Positions 26,001 through 40,400 of a stretch of DNA of 55,083 nucleotides are shown piece after piece. Below the pieces are notes generated by a model. The model had not been told where the DNA came from, did no database searches, and worked only from the letters and a program-made list of their open reading frames with translations. Source of the stretch: Girardia tigrina (lineage: Eukaryota); contig MQRK01246687.1 in the NCBI GenBank assembly GCA_001938485.1, forward strand, positions 1-55,083, read 5' to 3'. Numbering within the stretch: position 1 is the first letter of the stretch; the number at the start of each line of letters is the position of its first letter. A program made the position numbers and the translations under genes.

Positions 26001-29000
26001 ATTTTTTAAAGAAAAGAACATATTAAATTAATATATTAAAATTTTAAATTACATTAAAAAATAAATAATACATTCAAAAATTATTTTAAATCTTTTTATT
26101 TTAAAATTAAATTAAATTATTTTTAATTAGTAAGAATCAAAGAAAATATCAATCATCCATCTGTGTAGGAGAGGCACAATCCGAATCAAATACAACATGC
26201 ACAATATCAACACACAATTCAAAACATTCCTCACAATAATTAATAAAATTAATTTATTTCACTGACACTACCGTAACAGTGATACATGTTTGTTTTAGAA
26301 ATAAATATCATAATAAAAAACGCCCATATACAGGGTGTCCCAAAAATATGTATACACATTAAAAATTTAATTTTATTGAATTTTATTTATGTTTAACTTT
26401 CATTATATTTAATATAAATAGTTTTTTTTAACATAAATAGATATATAATATAAATAAATATTACTCGTACTTATTTTTACTTTTTTAATCAATAAAATTA
26501 AATTTTTAATGTGTATACATATTTTTGGGACACCCTGTATATATTAACATACATATTCTCATAAAAATAGTTAAATATTATTGTAAAAAATAAAGAATTC
26601 GTTCCTCAATCTTCAAGGAAGTGAATCCGTTATTTTTTACTATTATATAAGAAGGAACTAACCAGGTTAACCAAACTAAGTATTGTTTGATGAACCTGTT
26701 TAGAACGATCTCAAAAAAAATAAAATCAACAAATAAATAAAAATACGAATCTCGTTTTAACAATTAGCACCTTAATTTGTATAACAGTTACTCACAGAGT
26801 TGAAAATAGTCGGATATTCGTAATAAGGGCCGGGGCAAATTTTTAATATCTTTCACAGTAGAGGTATATAGAATTGATATTGATACGTCAAGTGTTAGTC
26901 AAATGGTTAGTCAAAAAGTTACCTAAGTTTCGGTGATTGTCTCAAAAACAAAATACAATAAAAATTCGTCAAAAATCAGTCAAAATAGTAAAATTGTCTG
27001 AAATTGTCTGCTTGGTAATTTCAGACAATAAAAACTATAACAATTTAATCTTTTTAAATTCAAATCGAAATCATACAATAATAATATGATGATTTAATAT
27101 TATTTCTGAGACTTGAAGATAACATTCACTCTTTTCTTTGTTGTGACAAGGTTCATTTTCCGGCTTTTTTATTTGTTATTTTTATTTGTAAAGATCTCCT
27201 TTTCTGTTGACAGTTCAAAGTCATAATTTATTAAAGGGATGAAACTGAACTTCCTGATCCAAAATGAAATCCATATCTACTTTTTTCCAAATTTCACCGC
27301 CATCTTGAGTGATTAATAACAGGGAACGTTTCCTTGTACTTTAGCAAACCAAAAATATATTATAATGGTCTATACTATTTCTCTGTAATCCATACTCTCT
27401 TCGAACGATTACTTTTTCTTCCGATTACATCCTTTTGGGAATCACAAATTTCATCAGTAGATGATGGAATACTCTTATACAACAAAAAAGCACTTTAAAT
27501 TTGAAAGTATCGCATTAGATTAAACTGAATGTTTTTATCAAAGAAAAAATATGAATTACATAAGAACAAAAAGTTGTCAGACTCATACAAAAACAACGTA
27601 ATGTTTATATGAGATAAAATAAAAGAATAAGCGTTGTTGTCAGTAGACTATTACGATTATCTTTCAAAATTTAAATTTTTTGGTTCTTTTTTGGATAGTG
27701 AAACTAAATTTTATTATTTTAATTTTAATAATTGCTTAATTAAATCGATTTTTCTGAAGAAATATTCAAAAAATAAGCAAAAATATTTTTAATTTCCATC
27801 CAGCTTTATTTTCATTAACTGGGCCCCCCAAATTAGTGAGAAGCATCAACATATAATAATTGATATTTGTCTATACAACAACATTTTCGAAACCGGAATT
27901 TCCGGGTTTCGGTATTCCATCAGATCTCGAATTCGCCGACTTCGTCAAGAAATACTTTACTTAGAAAAACTTTTCTTTTCAAAATAAAATATCTAAAATA
28001 AATTAATAAAATATTATAAAAACAATATTTTTTCCAATATTCTTAAAAAATAATTTTATATTTCATTTTTAAATAAATAAATTTTATATATAAATTTTGT
28101 TTAATTAAATTTCAAAAATGTTTGAAAATATTTTTCCTTAGTCAAACTTTATTTGTTTTGTTCGTTTTGTTTTGATAAAAGATTTGTTGGACAAATTTTT
28201 TTATTATTTCATAATTAAAAATAAAATAAACTTAATGAATTTTATTTTTTTAGAATAACAATAAGGATAATAATTGAATATATAAATAAAAAATGAAATT
28301 TTAATTTACTATTTTATTTATAAATATATTTGACAGTTTTTTTGTACTTAAAGATGTCCAGATGCCAAGGTCGGGTTCTACGCGCGGTTCCACAACCTTA
28401 TTCGAATGAAGAACAAAATCCTCAGCGACCAGTTCATCGCCTTCCAGAGGTATCAAACGGATTCCGTCATTATTAGGTGCAAAATAAAAGTCTGTTTGGA
28501 ACTAAATCATTGTTACCCGGTGAGTTGAGTCAAAGAAGTGTTATAAATGTATTTTATAAACATTAAACTATTTACTTTAGTCATTCAAAATGTCTTTATT
28601 CTCTTTTTACCTTCGGGGCTTATACCTTAACCTTTAAACTAATTATATTTTTTGAAGAACCAAGCAATATTATTAATAAAAATATTATCCGTTATTTAAA
28701 ATAATAATAGGAATTTATGTATACGTGGGATAAACAGTTTATGGGTTAAAAGAATGTGCGTGAGAGAGAATTAATTATAGATTAACTTATTCTTTATAAA
28801 CCCCTACGCGAGTGTTGGATGGACGTCGTCATCATCCGAACATATGAAAAAACACAGTTGATTTAAATATGTTTAACTTTTGTAAGTTTATGTCAACATT
28901 AACAATATAACCTTCGAACCAGTCATTCGTCTTTAAACTATCAATTCTTTCGACAAATAATAACTTACTTAAAACGATCACTCGGTTAAGATTAGGTGTA

Positions 29001-32000
29001 CAAATATGAAAGTTCGTTTCACATTGTCTAATATTATACCATTAATAAACTTTTTTCTATAATATTTGTTTGTATCTACAAGTTAGAGTGTTTTAAGCGC
29101 TATCTAATACTTGAAATTTTTAAATGAATTTGAAAATAAAATTTTACTATAATTTTACAGATGACCACCTAAGCTTCAACAAAACATCATTTACGGGAAG
29201 TTCTTTTATTCATGTTTAACGCAAAGAAAAGTGCCATCGATTCTCAAAAAATGATTGCTGATATAATTACTGCCAGAGCCTGTAAGAAATAATTTAAGAG
29301 GTTCAGAGAAGGTGACTTTGATCTGAGCAACAAAGACCGCGGTGGACCACCAAAGCAGTTTGAAGACAATGAACTGCAAGCCTTACATGATGATTATGAT
29401 GCCTAAACGCAAAAAATTAGCTAACGCGTTAGGTGTGAATAAGCAAAAAATTTCAAATCGCTTGCATGGCATGGGCAAGATTCAGAAAGAAGGACTATGG
29501 GCGCCGCGTGTATTGACTGAACGCAAGCAAGAAAATCAAAGAACAACGTTCGAACCTTTACTCGATCGGAAGTTATTCATGCATTGAAATATCACTGGTT
29601 ATGTAAAGTACATTTATTTTTATAATATAAAACGAAAGAGATCATGGACAGACCCAGGAAACGCACCAAAGATGACTCCCAAGCATAACATCCATGAAAA
29701 GTAGGGGCTGCTCTACATTAGCTGGATCAGAAGGGTAGTTTGAATTATGAACATCTGAAACCTGACGAAACAGTTACGGTGGCTTGTTATGGAGGCATTA
29801 ATTCAATCTGAACAGAGAAGTTGCTAACAAACGACAGGAATGGACCTATAAGACACGACAATGCGAGACCTCATATTGCAGATCCGGTCATAAATACAAT
29901 AAAAGAACTGAACTGGGAAATCTTATCCCAGCCGCCCTACTCTCCTTACATTGCACCATTTGATTATCATTTATTTCGATCAATGGCTCACGGATTGGCG
30001 GAACAGAATTTCACAAAACTTGAAGAAGAGCGAAAATGGTTCGATAAATGGATTGCGTCGAAAAAACCGAAATTCTTCTTTGATTGAATCCAGTATTTAG
30101 TAATAAATTGGAATAATGTTGCTGTTAATAATGGTTGTTATTGTTAATAAACGTTTAATAAAAATATTTTGGAATTTAAACTTTTCAAATAGAAAAAAAG
30201 AACTTTCTTATTTGTACACCTAATACTTAAGTATTTAAAATAATTCAGGAAGAAAATAAAGTAACATTTTAATTTTAAATTTGTTTTTGAATGTGGTTAT
30301 CTCATTTCTTTCAATGGTATTGAGTCTCTGGGCTCTTTAGAGGGTTTACTCAAACTAAAGAGTAACAGGTTGCCTCATGAAAGGCCTTCAGGGCAGTCGG
30401 ATTCCTTCATTCTTAATATATCTTTTCGGTTTCCATATTAGAAACAGCCAGCCATGGATTGATGTTCCATGATTTAACATGCTTCTGCATGTGTTTGTGG
30501 ATTTAATACAGCCACGAAAGGCACATTTGAACTTTCTCCGTTGCCTTTGAGTCTGAGTACCTGTCACTGATTTTGTTGGTTCTCTGAAACATTGAGATTG
30601 TTATGACACCTACAGTAATGTTTCTACCTACTACTTCTTTTACTGAATTCCTTCGATTATTATGATTGAGATGTCTCATGAGCCACCCTTACATTTAAAC
30701 AACTTCCTACATGATGTACAATAAAATTTTTTGGTGTCACCATTCGGTTCAGAGGCGGGGCAAATAAGACCATCTTTTATTATATCAAACAGACTGAAGC
30801 GTTTGAAAGACAAACAGGTCTTTAGAACATGTGAGCAATTATCAGTAATTGCAACACTGTAGCACGCTTCTCGCCCCTTCATGAGATGGAGGCAGTGCAA
30901 TAAATACATCTACCACTTTAGTATATAGAAACCTGCTATTAATTATGACTCTCCAGAAAGTTTTCCAATATAACGAATAGCAGTTCATAATTATTAACTC
31001 TTTTTCTCCGAAGGACGCAACCAGGATCTCTTAATGCAATGTTCTACTCTTACATCGTATATATACCTGGGCCTCTATGATAGTTGAAAGTAATCCCAGA
31101 TTCGCTAGATTAATTCATTTGCTTATGTAGAGAAATCAGAGTTGACTCGATTTGCCACAGTTTTGTCGTGGCCCGATTCACCCCACCTTACAGTATTAAA
31201 CTAACGATTATCGATCAATTAAACGAAGAAAATATTTATAATATGAGTTTCAACGTCCATGTGGATACATTGTACATGAATGTATCTTTATTATCAGCAC
31301 TGTATTTGTCTACAAATTACATTTCATTGTAAAATTGCCTCAACCAAAACACTTTGTAAATCCCTACCCTCGGTATTTTTTAAATATATTCGTTTAGGCA
31401 TTAAAACACAAATTGGAATAGTTTTAGGAGATGAAACGTAAGTTTAAATTTTTGTACGGAAATGAGAGTTTTCTTTGCAAGTTATTAAAGGACATGGGAG
31501 CATTGCTGAGGTGAAACCCGGAGGACGAATTGTACACTAAAATATGCAAATCTTCTGCATTGATATCCTAAAAGTAATTACTACTTTAAGTAACTGCCAA
31601 ACAAATTATCATTACAACAAATAAACTCAAATTTTTTTTATAAATTAAATTTAAGATGCTTTAATTGCATTTACTTCTTCTAAATCTAGTTAAATTACAA
31701 TAAAAATTATTTTTATTTAATTTAGTCTTATAGTTTGGTAAATGGAATAAATATTAAAATATATGTATTGAGCAAACCAATCTTAGACTAACGTTTAAAT
31801 CGAAGAGTGATTTGCGCAGCACCGTTGCGACGCTCCGCCCGCGCGGTCATCCGTCTTTGCAAAGGGAAACTGTGAAAAATAAAATTTCCTGTCCCTTTAG
31901 AATGAACAATTCACGCCAGAATTCTTTGGCGGTCAAAATGAGTCAATTCGTCATTGAAAATATATTTTTTAATAAAATGAGACATCCGAATACATCAAAA

Positions 32001-34416
32001 ATTAAAGTAAACTTATCTGCAGCAGGAGGACCAGCAGATGTACCAAGAACCAATTTTTCATTTTGGTGATCATTGTTGCACACCGTAAGCGGGTTTGCAG
32101 TCAAAAGAGATGCGAGGAATGTTCTGAATTGTGTTGAATACACCCATACAATTGGATTCTAGGAACACCACTTGGAGGAAAGTTAATATTATAGTGAGGA
32201 ATATTTTAAATTGTGTGAATGTGTGAATGTATTGATGCTGTATGTTGATTTAAGTATGTTGAAATAAGAATTGTGATTCTCCCACCCAGATAGAAATTGG
32301 TATTGTTTGTATTTACAATGACAGACTATTTGAACATAATTGAAATAATGATAAAGAAATGATAATAATTTTATAAGTTTAATTTTTTAAAATTAACAAT
32401 AAATATCAAGTTCAATATTTTTTTAAAAAAGGAGAAACATATAAATACATATAAAGAAAATTAATAAAATTTAAATCTAAATTCTTTTTTCACATTTTGA
32501 TAGCATTTTTATTATTTTGAGTTTTTATACAGAAATGGTTAAAATTATTAATCTTAATAAATATATTTTTTGAAATTACGTTAGTATTTTAAAAAGAATT
32601 ATACAAATTGTTCAAATGATCATGATTAATAATAGAAATTAAAAAACCAATTAGAACGATGTCAAACGGTGAACAATCTTCTGAGAGTTGTGATGACTAA
32701 AAATGTAATAATAATAAAAAAATAAATGAAAATTATCTCAATGTTCTTAACATATAAAAAAGTCATTTACTTCATTGATAATTTATTCAGTTTCTAACTT
32801 TCATTAATTTAGAAGTTTCATTACACTGAGATATTTCATAACATTCGTTTTAGGAAATACCGAAATGTTTGAAATGATGTTACACAAAATAATACATTAA
32901 CTAGTAAAACAAAAATTAAATTTTTTATATCCATTCTTTATGCATTATCAAAGTTTTTCCGTCCACGGCCATCATCATTTTGAGGTTCTCATCTACTTTT
33001 TGAAATTTTTTATACCAACGTTGTAACATATGTTCGTTTGTGGTTCCATCGCCAAATAAACCGTTGATAATTCGGGCGGCCTCCGATGCTTTGTGGCCAA
33101 GTTTGAATTCATATAAAAAAATTACTCGTAATTGCGCTTTTTGCATATTGACAACTATTTAATTAAACATCTTATTTTAAAGTTAATATTTATACAAAGT
33201 ATCAGAGAAATATAGTTCCTCATAAGTTTTAAAATTATGTATAAAACATAAATGAATGATAAAGACTTATTTCAAAACATGATCAAAAATCAGGACCCAT
33301 CAAAAAACGATATTAATTTTTAAACAACCTAATAATACCTTCTCTATTAATAATATGTTCCAAGAAACGAATCTCTTGTCTGAACAACACATATGTTTCT
33401 GGATTTATCTTTAATCCAGTGGTCTGTATTCTTGAAAATAACTTCTCCAATCTCATTAGATGCTCTACTTTTGAATCTGAAAATACTAAAATGTCGTCCA
33501 AGTATACTAAAGTTCTTTCCATATCATATCTCCCAATATGGCGTTCATCAATCTTTGGAAAGTTGCTACTGCAGCAGCAATACCGAATGACATTTTTGTA
33601 AAGCTAAACTGACCCAATCTCGTTGAGAATGCAGTTTTCAATTTCGAAGAGTCCTCAAGTTCTACTTGGTTTTAAGTATTACCTAAATCAAAAGAGCTAA
33701 ACCATTTCATTCCTTTCAGTGAGTCCAATATTTCTTCTATATTTAGTATTGGAAATGCTGGTCTTTCAGTTACTTGATTTAATTATAGGAAATCTAAACA
33801 CAATCTAATCTCGTCTTTCTCTTTTTTCCTGGAACAGATCATGGGTGTGTTCCACGGGGACGACCATTTTTCAATAATCCCATTTTCTTCTAAATTTGTG
33901 ATTGCTTTTTCAATATGGCTTTCTAAATGTTCTGGTTGTCTCCGTGGTTTTTGTAAAATTAGTTCACATGTTGTTTTAATTTCATTTTTTATTAAAGACG
34001 TTTTCCCAATATCCCATCTCCCAGACATAAAAATACTTTTTATAATTCTCTACGATTCTAAATATATCAGTAACCTGTTTTAAATTCAATTTTTCTTTAC
34101 CATTTGCAAGTCTTGAGGAATTTCCATACATTTTTTTTCAATTTCAAAACCAGTTAATTTTTTCATTTAATCAAATTCATCAGACTTAAATCTCCATCGA
34201 AGTTCCAAACCTATTCCTCTAATTAAATTTATTCCAAAAATGATTACTGGGTATACTTTTTCAGCAACATAAAATATTTGATTTAAATTAATATNNNNNN
34301 NNNNNNNNNNNNNNNNNNNNNNNNNNNNNNNNNNNNNNNNNNNNNNNNNNNNNNNNNNNNNNNNNNNNNNNNNNNNNNNNNNNNNNNNNNNNNGTTATTA
34401 AAAGTTGAAAAAAAAT

Positions 34417-34463
<47 letters not shown>

Positions 34464-37400
34464 AAATTTATTGTAATGTTTTTGTTAAAAAAAGTTTTAA
34501 ATTGTAATTAATGTTGGTATCTGGAAAATTCGAAAAATGTAATTTGTTTAAATAATATGATTGTAAATTAGTAAAAGTTTGAATTTCGATTAAAAATAAA
34601 CAGTTGTGATTGAATTTCGAGTTTACAATTTTTGAATATAATTAGTAATTAAAATTAGTATTTTCTGAGGACATTATTTTCTCCGACAAATCAAAAGCGA
34701 TTGACAAATGTTTCCGATGTGAAAATAATCGTAAAAACCGATAGAAAACGTCGTCGATTTGAATAGCGTATTTTCCGAATAAAGTGATCACTTGGCGACA
34801 AAAACTTGAATTTCAAATCCAAACTCTGAAAAATGAACTGATTTACACGAATGTGTCGAAAGCGGAAATCGATCGCGAGCAAAGACAATTCGAAAGACGC
34901 TTTTCAAACGACAAATATTTTGGAGATTTGTAAAATTATATTCGAGAAAGGAGAGCTTCAATTGACGGAGAAAAAGAGACAATTTGTGATGGATAATTTA
35001 ATTAGATGTTGCAAAAATTGTGACTAGTAAAACGTTGAATCCGAGTACAGAACTATGCTTTACACCGGATGTGATCGAAAAAATGATTCACGATTGTCAC
35101 GTCAATTTGAAACCGAATAAAACCGCAAAACAACAATCTCTTGACGTTATTCGAATGTTGATAAAGAAATTGAATGTTCCGATCAATGTCGCTCTTTTAT
35201 CTGTCAACATTATTGCGATACAAAAACAAATTAAATCAGTCAAACGAGAATTATTGAGTTATTGGGATAATATTTTCTCAGAAGTGCCGCAAGAGCACAA
35301 TTTTAAGATGGAGGCGATTTTCGAACCGGAAAATTATGATTTATTCAAAGAAAATTTCGAAACGAAATACACAAAAAAATGCAACAATATATTAATACTT
35401 ATTTGTTACGTATATATCCCATTTTTATATAAATAAAAATGAAAAGATCTCTTTATTTTTTCCTAATGTGAAAATAATTTTTGGAAATAATTTGCAGGAT
35501 ATAAAAACTATATATTTGGTTTGACGAATATTTCTAATATTGTAAAAGTTATAGCAACAAATATTTTAATAGTGTTAATAATAAATGTAAAGAGGAATTT
35601 AAACGTTTCTATTATCAAATAATTATAGATTAATAATATAATTGATATTTTTATTTATATAATATTAAACTCTAAAACAAAAACGGTAGATTCAAAGATA
35701 TTGATAAATTATCCAGTCTTACTCAGTATCAATTTTATACCTCACATAGTTCCAATGGAAATAAACGTTCATTTATTTATATTTATCAAAGAAAATTTTA
35801 TTATTGAGCTCAAAAATGAAAATTAGAAATAAAATCCCTCGTTTAAATTGTACTTTTCCTAATGAGTTTTGCGAACATTTCCACGTTGAATTAATTTGTG
35901 GAGCAGTCGGATGAGTCCGCTGAGTGCATCTGTTTGATACCTGATTTGTACCCGATGGAGAGTCGCAGTATAACTCAGATGTACCCATTATTATTAATTG
36001 AAATTAATTAATATTGGTAAAACAACAAATCATTACGTGTATTTATTATTATTATTAATATAAAAATATCGTTTAAATTTTATATTTTAAATATATAAAA
36101 ATATAGTGATACAATGATGAATATACTACGAGACAATAAAATGAAAACTTTAAAAACAATTAAAAATAATTAAATAAACATTTTGAAATAGAAAAAATTA
36201 GAAATGAAAAAATAGAAACAAAATATTACAATTGTAAAAATAAAGAACAAAAAAGAAAGATAAAATGTCACTAATGTATCTAAAAATAATCAAGTAGTTA
36301 ATGTTTATTTCCCTTGTTTTTCAAATTTTGTTAGATATGAAAATCTGTTTTATAATATACAGTATCATTAGCCGTAATGAACATTTAATACCAAATAACT
36401 TAACATAGTTACTAGTAACATGCCTCGCACATTGATTATAACTTTTATTAGAAATACAATTTGGCTCATGCTTGAGACAATCCGTAGTACAGTTTACATT
36501 CGCACACATAGCTCGAGTAGATAGATTGATTTGCTTCAACAGGAGGTGAATTCGAAATCGGATCAAAGAACAAAACGAAGCTTAAAATTAAAAATTTAAA
36601 TTAAAATTAAAAGATAAGTAACATTATCTTTTTAATCAAAGTTTATTAAATTATTTATAAGAAAATTTTATTGCATCAATTACGTGAGTGTAAAATGAAT
36701 TTTGAAATTTGATTTTAATTCTTTTATAATGGGTTTAATTCATTGTAATTATGGGTTGAAAAATTTCTTTTATTGAAATTGTAAAAAGTGGAAACTTCTG
36801 ACATTTTTTTAAATAAATATTAAATTTCAATTCGGAATTTTTAATTGAATATCGATTATTACATAAAAAGATTTCCCAATACAAATTCCATGCTTTCTAA
36901 TTGATGCGAGCATCGTATGAACTGATGATATCCCTAAAACAAAAGACATTTTACGGAGAACAAAACATGACCCTCGTTAGGACCAAAAATATTGTCGCCG
37001 GAATATCCACCAGTAATTGCGTGTTGAGGGTAAGAGTGCATACGTTTGAGGCGCACTCAAACTACATTCGCTGCATCGTCATTCTTCAAACGAAACCGTT
37101 CATTCTGACGAACGTGGCCGATATAACGATCAAGATGTGGGACTGGGAAAAGAAGTTGATTTGCGCTAAAGATATTCGAGGGGATAGGTGAATCTTAATT
37201 TGACACTTCAATATTTTTTATAAAATACATAGAAATTTCAAAGGTTGAAATTAAAATAAATGAAAAGTTAATGGTACAGCTGTATCTGTCAACAGACAGA
37301 AAGTGTTCTGAATGATATTACAGTTGCAGATGTTTTCCCTGCCAGGTGAGGAACCGTTCAAACCGCATGTTATTGCTCTTTTGACCATGTCTTGTGGTAT

Positions 37401-40400
37401 TTCTTTAATGTTTCCCTCCATCTTGTCTCGGAGCTCAGCAATGGTAGCACACCTTGTTCGATACACATACTCCTTCAAGTAGCCCCAGATGAAGTAATCA
37501 CACACAGTTAAGTCAGGCGAACGAGAGGGCCACTCCATTGAATCACCTCAACCGATCCCTCGCTGAGGAATGTTTTGGTTGAGCCAGCTGCAAACTGAAG
37601 CTGTGTAATGGGCAGTATCCCAACATACCAGAAGGTAAGTCTCTTGTATCTCGCATAAGGTCACACAGTTGTTAACAGCAGTTGAAAATATGTATCCGCA
37701 TTGATGGGACCATCAAAGAAGTAAGGTCCCAAGACACCCACCAAAGTTATTGCACACCACACTTTAATTCACTGGTGAGAGTTTAAAATCTGCTCTTGAA
37801 CGTGTGGATTCTTAGGACCCCACCAAACATTGTTGTGTTATGACATTGCTCCAGATATGTGTAACAAAGATTCGCCTGTCCACATTATGCGGTCAATTAA
37901 GTGAGAGTCGGCGTCGAATCTTTCCAAAATCGTTTTGGAAAACTCTCCTCCCTATCAAAGTCGCAATTGTTGAGCATTTATTAGTGTTGCGGACGTTAGG
38001 ACTTAAGATCAAGTTTCTCAAGCAAGCGGTGGTACCTCGTTCGAGGCAGGTCAAAAGTGGCTGCCCCACGAGACACAGACGTTGACGGATCTGCAGCGAC
38101 CAACTTTTGAACTTCTTCGAGCGGTTCAGATATTGTAAATTAAGCTGGACACTCTGACCTGTGGAGATCTTCAACGCTTCCAGTCTGCTGAAATTGCTCA
38201 AAAACTGTCTTTATTGTTGTAAACTTAGGAGGTGAGGTAGCAAAATTAAAATACCACTGTCTTTGTACCTCTTCATAATTCTGGAATTGTGCATAGAGGA
38301 GTACCATTTTAATTCTCTTCTCAAGAGGGCGTCGTGTCGAGATTTCATTTATTTGCAAATAAATAAGAATAGTCAGTGTTAAAATGTAAATTTGAATTTC
38401 AGTAAAATAAAATACATTTCTGGAGATAGATTAAAACGAAAATCCTCCCATTACTTTTTGAACACCCTGTAAACATTAATATTTTAAAAAGTATTTTAAT
38501 TTTGGAATTTCGTCATGTCATAAATAATTCTATTTTGTAGTAAACTTTATAATAGGAGAAATTATATTTCGTTAATTTTTTTAATTAATTATTATAAATT
38601 TAAAAAATTAATTCCATTGAGAAAGGCGATAAATTAATTATTTCTAGATTTAAACCTAAAAAATATTATAATCTGAAACTAATACACGAAATTTTATTTA
38701 ATATCTTTTTTAATATACAAACGTATTTTAAAGAAGCTTAATTTAGAAAAGAAAAATCCAAAATATTATATTTTTATAATATTATTTTAGTAAAAAATAC
38801 TTTTCTTATCTATAAAATTTGCTAAAATTAAAATAAAATTAATTTAACCTATATACAGTATAAAAAAAGTTATCACAATATGGATGCAGACATTAAATTT
38901 TTAAAACATTTGTGGATAGAAAAATGTAACTCTGTATGCAAATAAAAGCCTGACGAGGGGCTAAAGCCGTTTAATATAGGAAAATGTTAAAAGAAATAAA
39001 TTATATATATAACTGAGGCATTTTTGATAAAGTATTTATACCATGAATTTTCCAGTTAATCTCCTCTGCTGTCGCTAAAGAGAGGACGAATGTCCCAAAA
39101 AAATTTAAATTTTGAATACATTGTAACTCAAATCATTCACTATCTTCAGAAATTACAAACTCATCATTCATCTCAATGACACTCTCATCCTTATGAAAGT
39201 TAATAAAGATGAATTTACTTCATAATTTACATTAAAGTCAAGTGGATAGACCACCTTCATAAATTAAAACTCGAATTTTTCTTTGGGCAGATCTATTTAG
39301 AGGTTCTAGTATCCCAATCATAGTAATATCCCCATCTGTGAGACCTAAAGACGCCTTGGAGTTTCTTACAGATTTGATATAGATCCTTGTATCTCTTTGA
39401 TGTTAATCATATCTATTTCCTCTGCACAATCACATTTTTCTCATTTTCTCAATTTTACAGTAGCAATTGCAGTATTTACATTTTTTGATAAGACATCTCC
39501 ACGATGGAACACGCAACCAACTTGTGAGGAATATTTAGAATGTTTGATATTTTGTTTGTAAATGTTGTATGTTGATTTAGAATTGTGTCTCTCCTTACCA
39601 GATGGATTATTCTTTTATTAATTTTTGTGATATGAAAATTTGTAATGTTTAATTTATTTCTAATTTAAAATGATTGTAAAATTTTAAATTTATTTTAAGT
39701 TCATTTATGTTATTTATAATTTTTAAATATATAAATTTAATATATAATTTTTAAATAATTAATATTCATTTTAATTTTAAACTATTAAAATTTGCAGTAA
39801 ATAAAGTCGTGAATCAATAAGTAGGATGCAATCATAGGAAAGCTTTGAGAAAGATTGTGCAGCGGAAAATCAAACAAGTTGTGAAGGACAGGCTCACTCT
39901 CAAAATTTTTGAAACAATTAATTTTTATAATGAATCTCTAAAATAATGAAATATTTAAAATCAAAAGTTTTTAAGCAAATTTAACTAAAAAAAATATACC
40001 TTAATTAATTTTAAAAAGTTATTTTCGGAAATAATCAAATTTTAATTATAGAGTAAAAACTTATTTTGAATTTAATTGGGAAATAATGGATTTTTAAATA
40101 ATTGATTTAAAAGAAATATATAAAGACAAGGATAATTATGTTTGTACTAATTTTAAAAGTTATTCTGATAATACATATTTAAATATTGTAAATTATTTTT
40201 TATATTTATATTGTGTTTAAAAATTGTATTGTATTTAAAATAATTTTAGGTAAAAATGCTTTTAAACTGAAATATTGATAATAAATAAAACGTTAAAATC
40301 TTTATTAATTAAAAAACTTTTCCCAAATAAAAGAAAATCACATTAAACTAATTCTATAATAATAAAAAATTAAGTATATGAATATCTAAGGGACAAGTTT

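Noticed and set aside
27190-27420. Stop-codon reassignment (TGA=Trp, TAA=Gln) suggested by in-frame stops in the sortilin and integrase fragments
   Set aside because: The same fragments or their neighbours also carry frameshifts, other stops map to CGA-to-TGA changes, and the ZP exons use TGG for Trp and end in TGA. Ordinary decay explains the stops.
38948-38982. Hammerhead CTGACGA-GGGGCTAAAGCC
   Set aside because: It lacks the GAAA core and stem III; at most a remnant.
39060-39520. Ribosomal uS17-like fragment on the minus strand (GDITMIGILEPLNR)
   Set aside because: The similarity is too short and broken to support a call.
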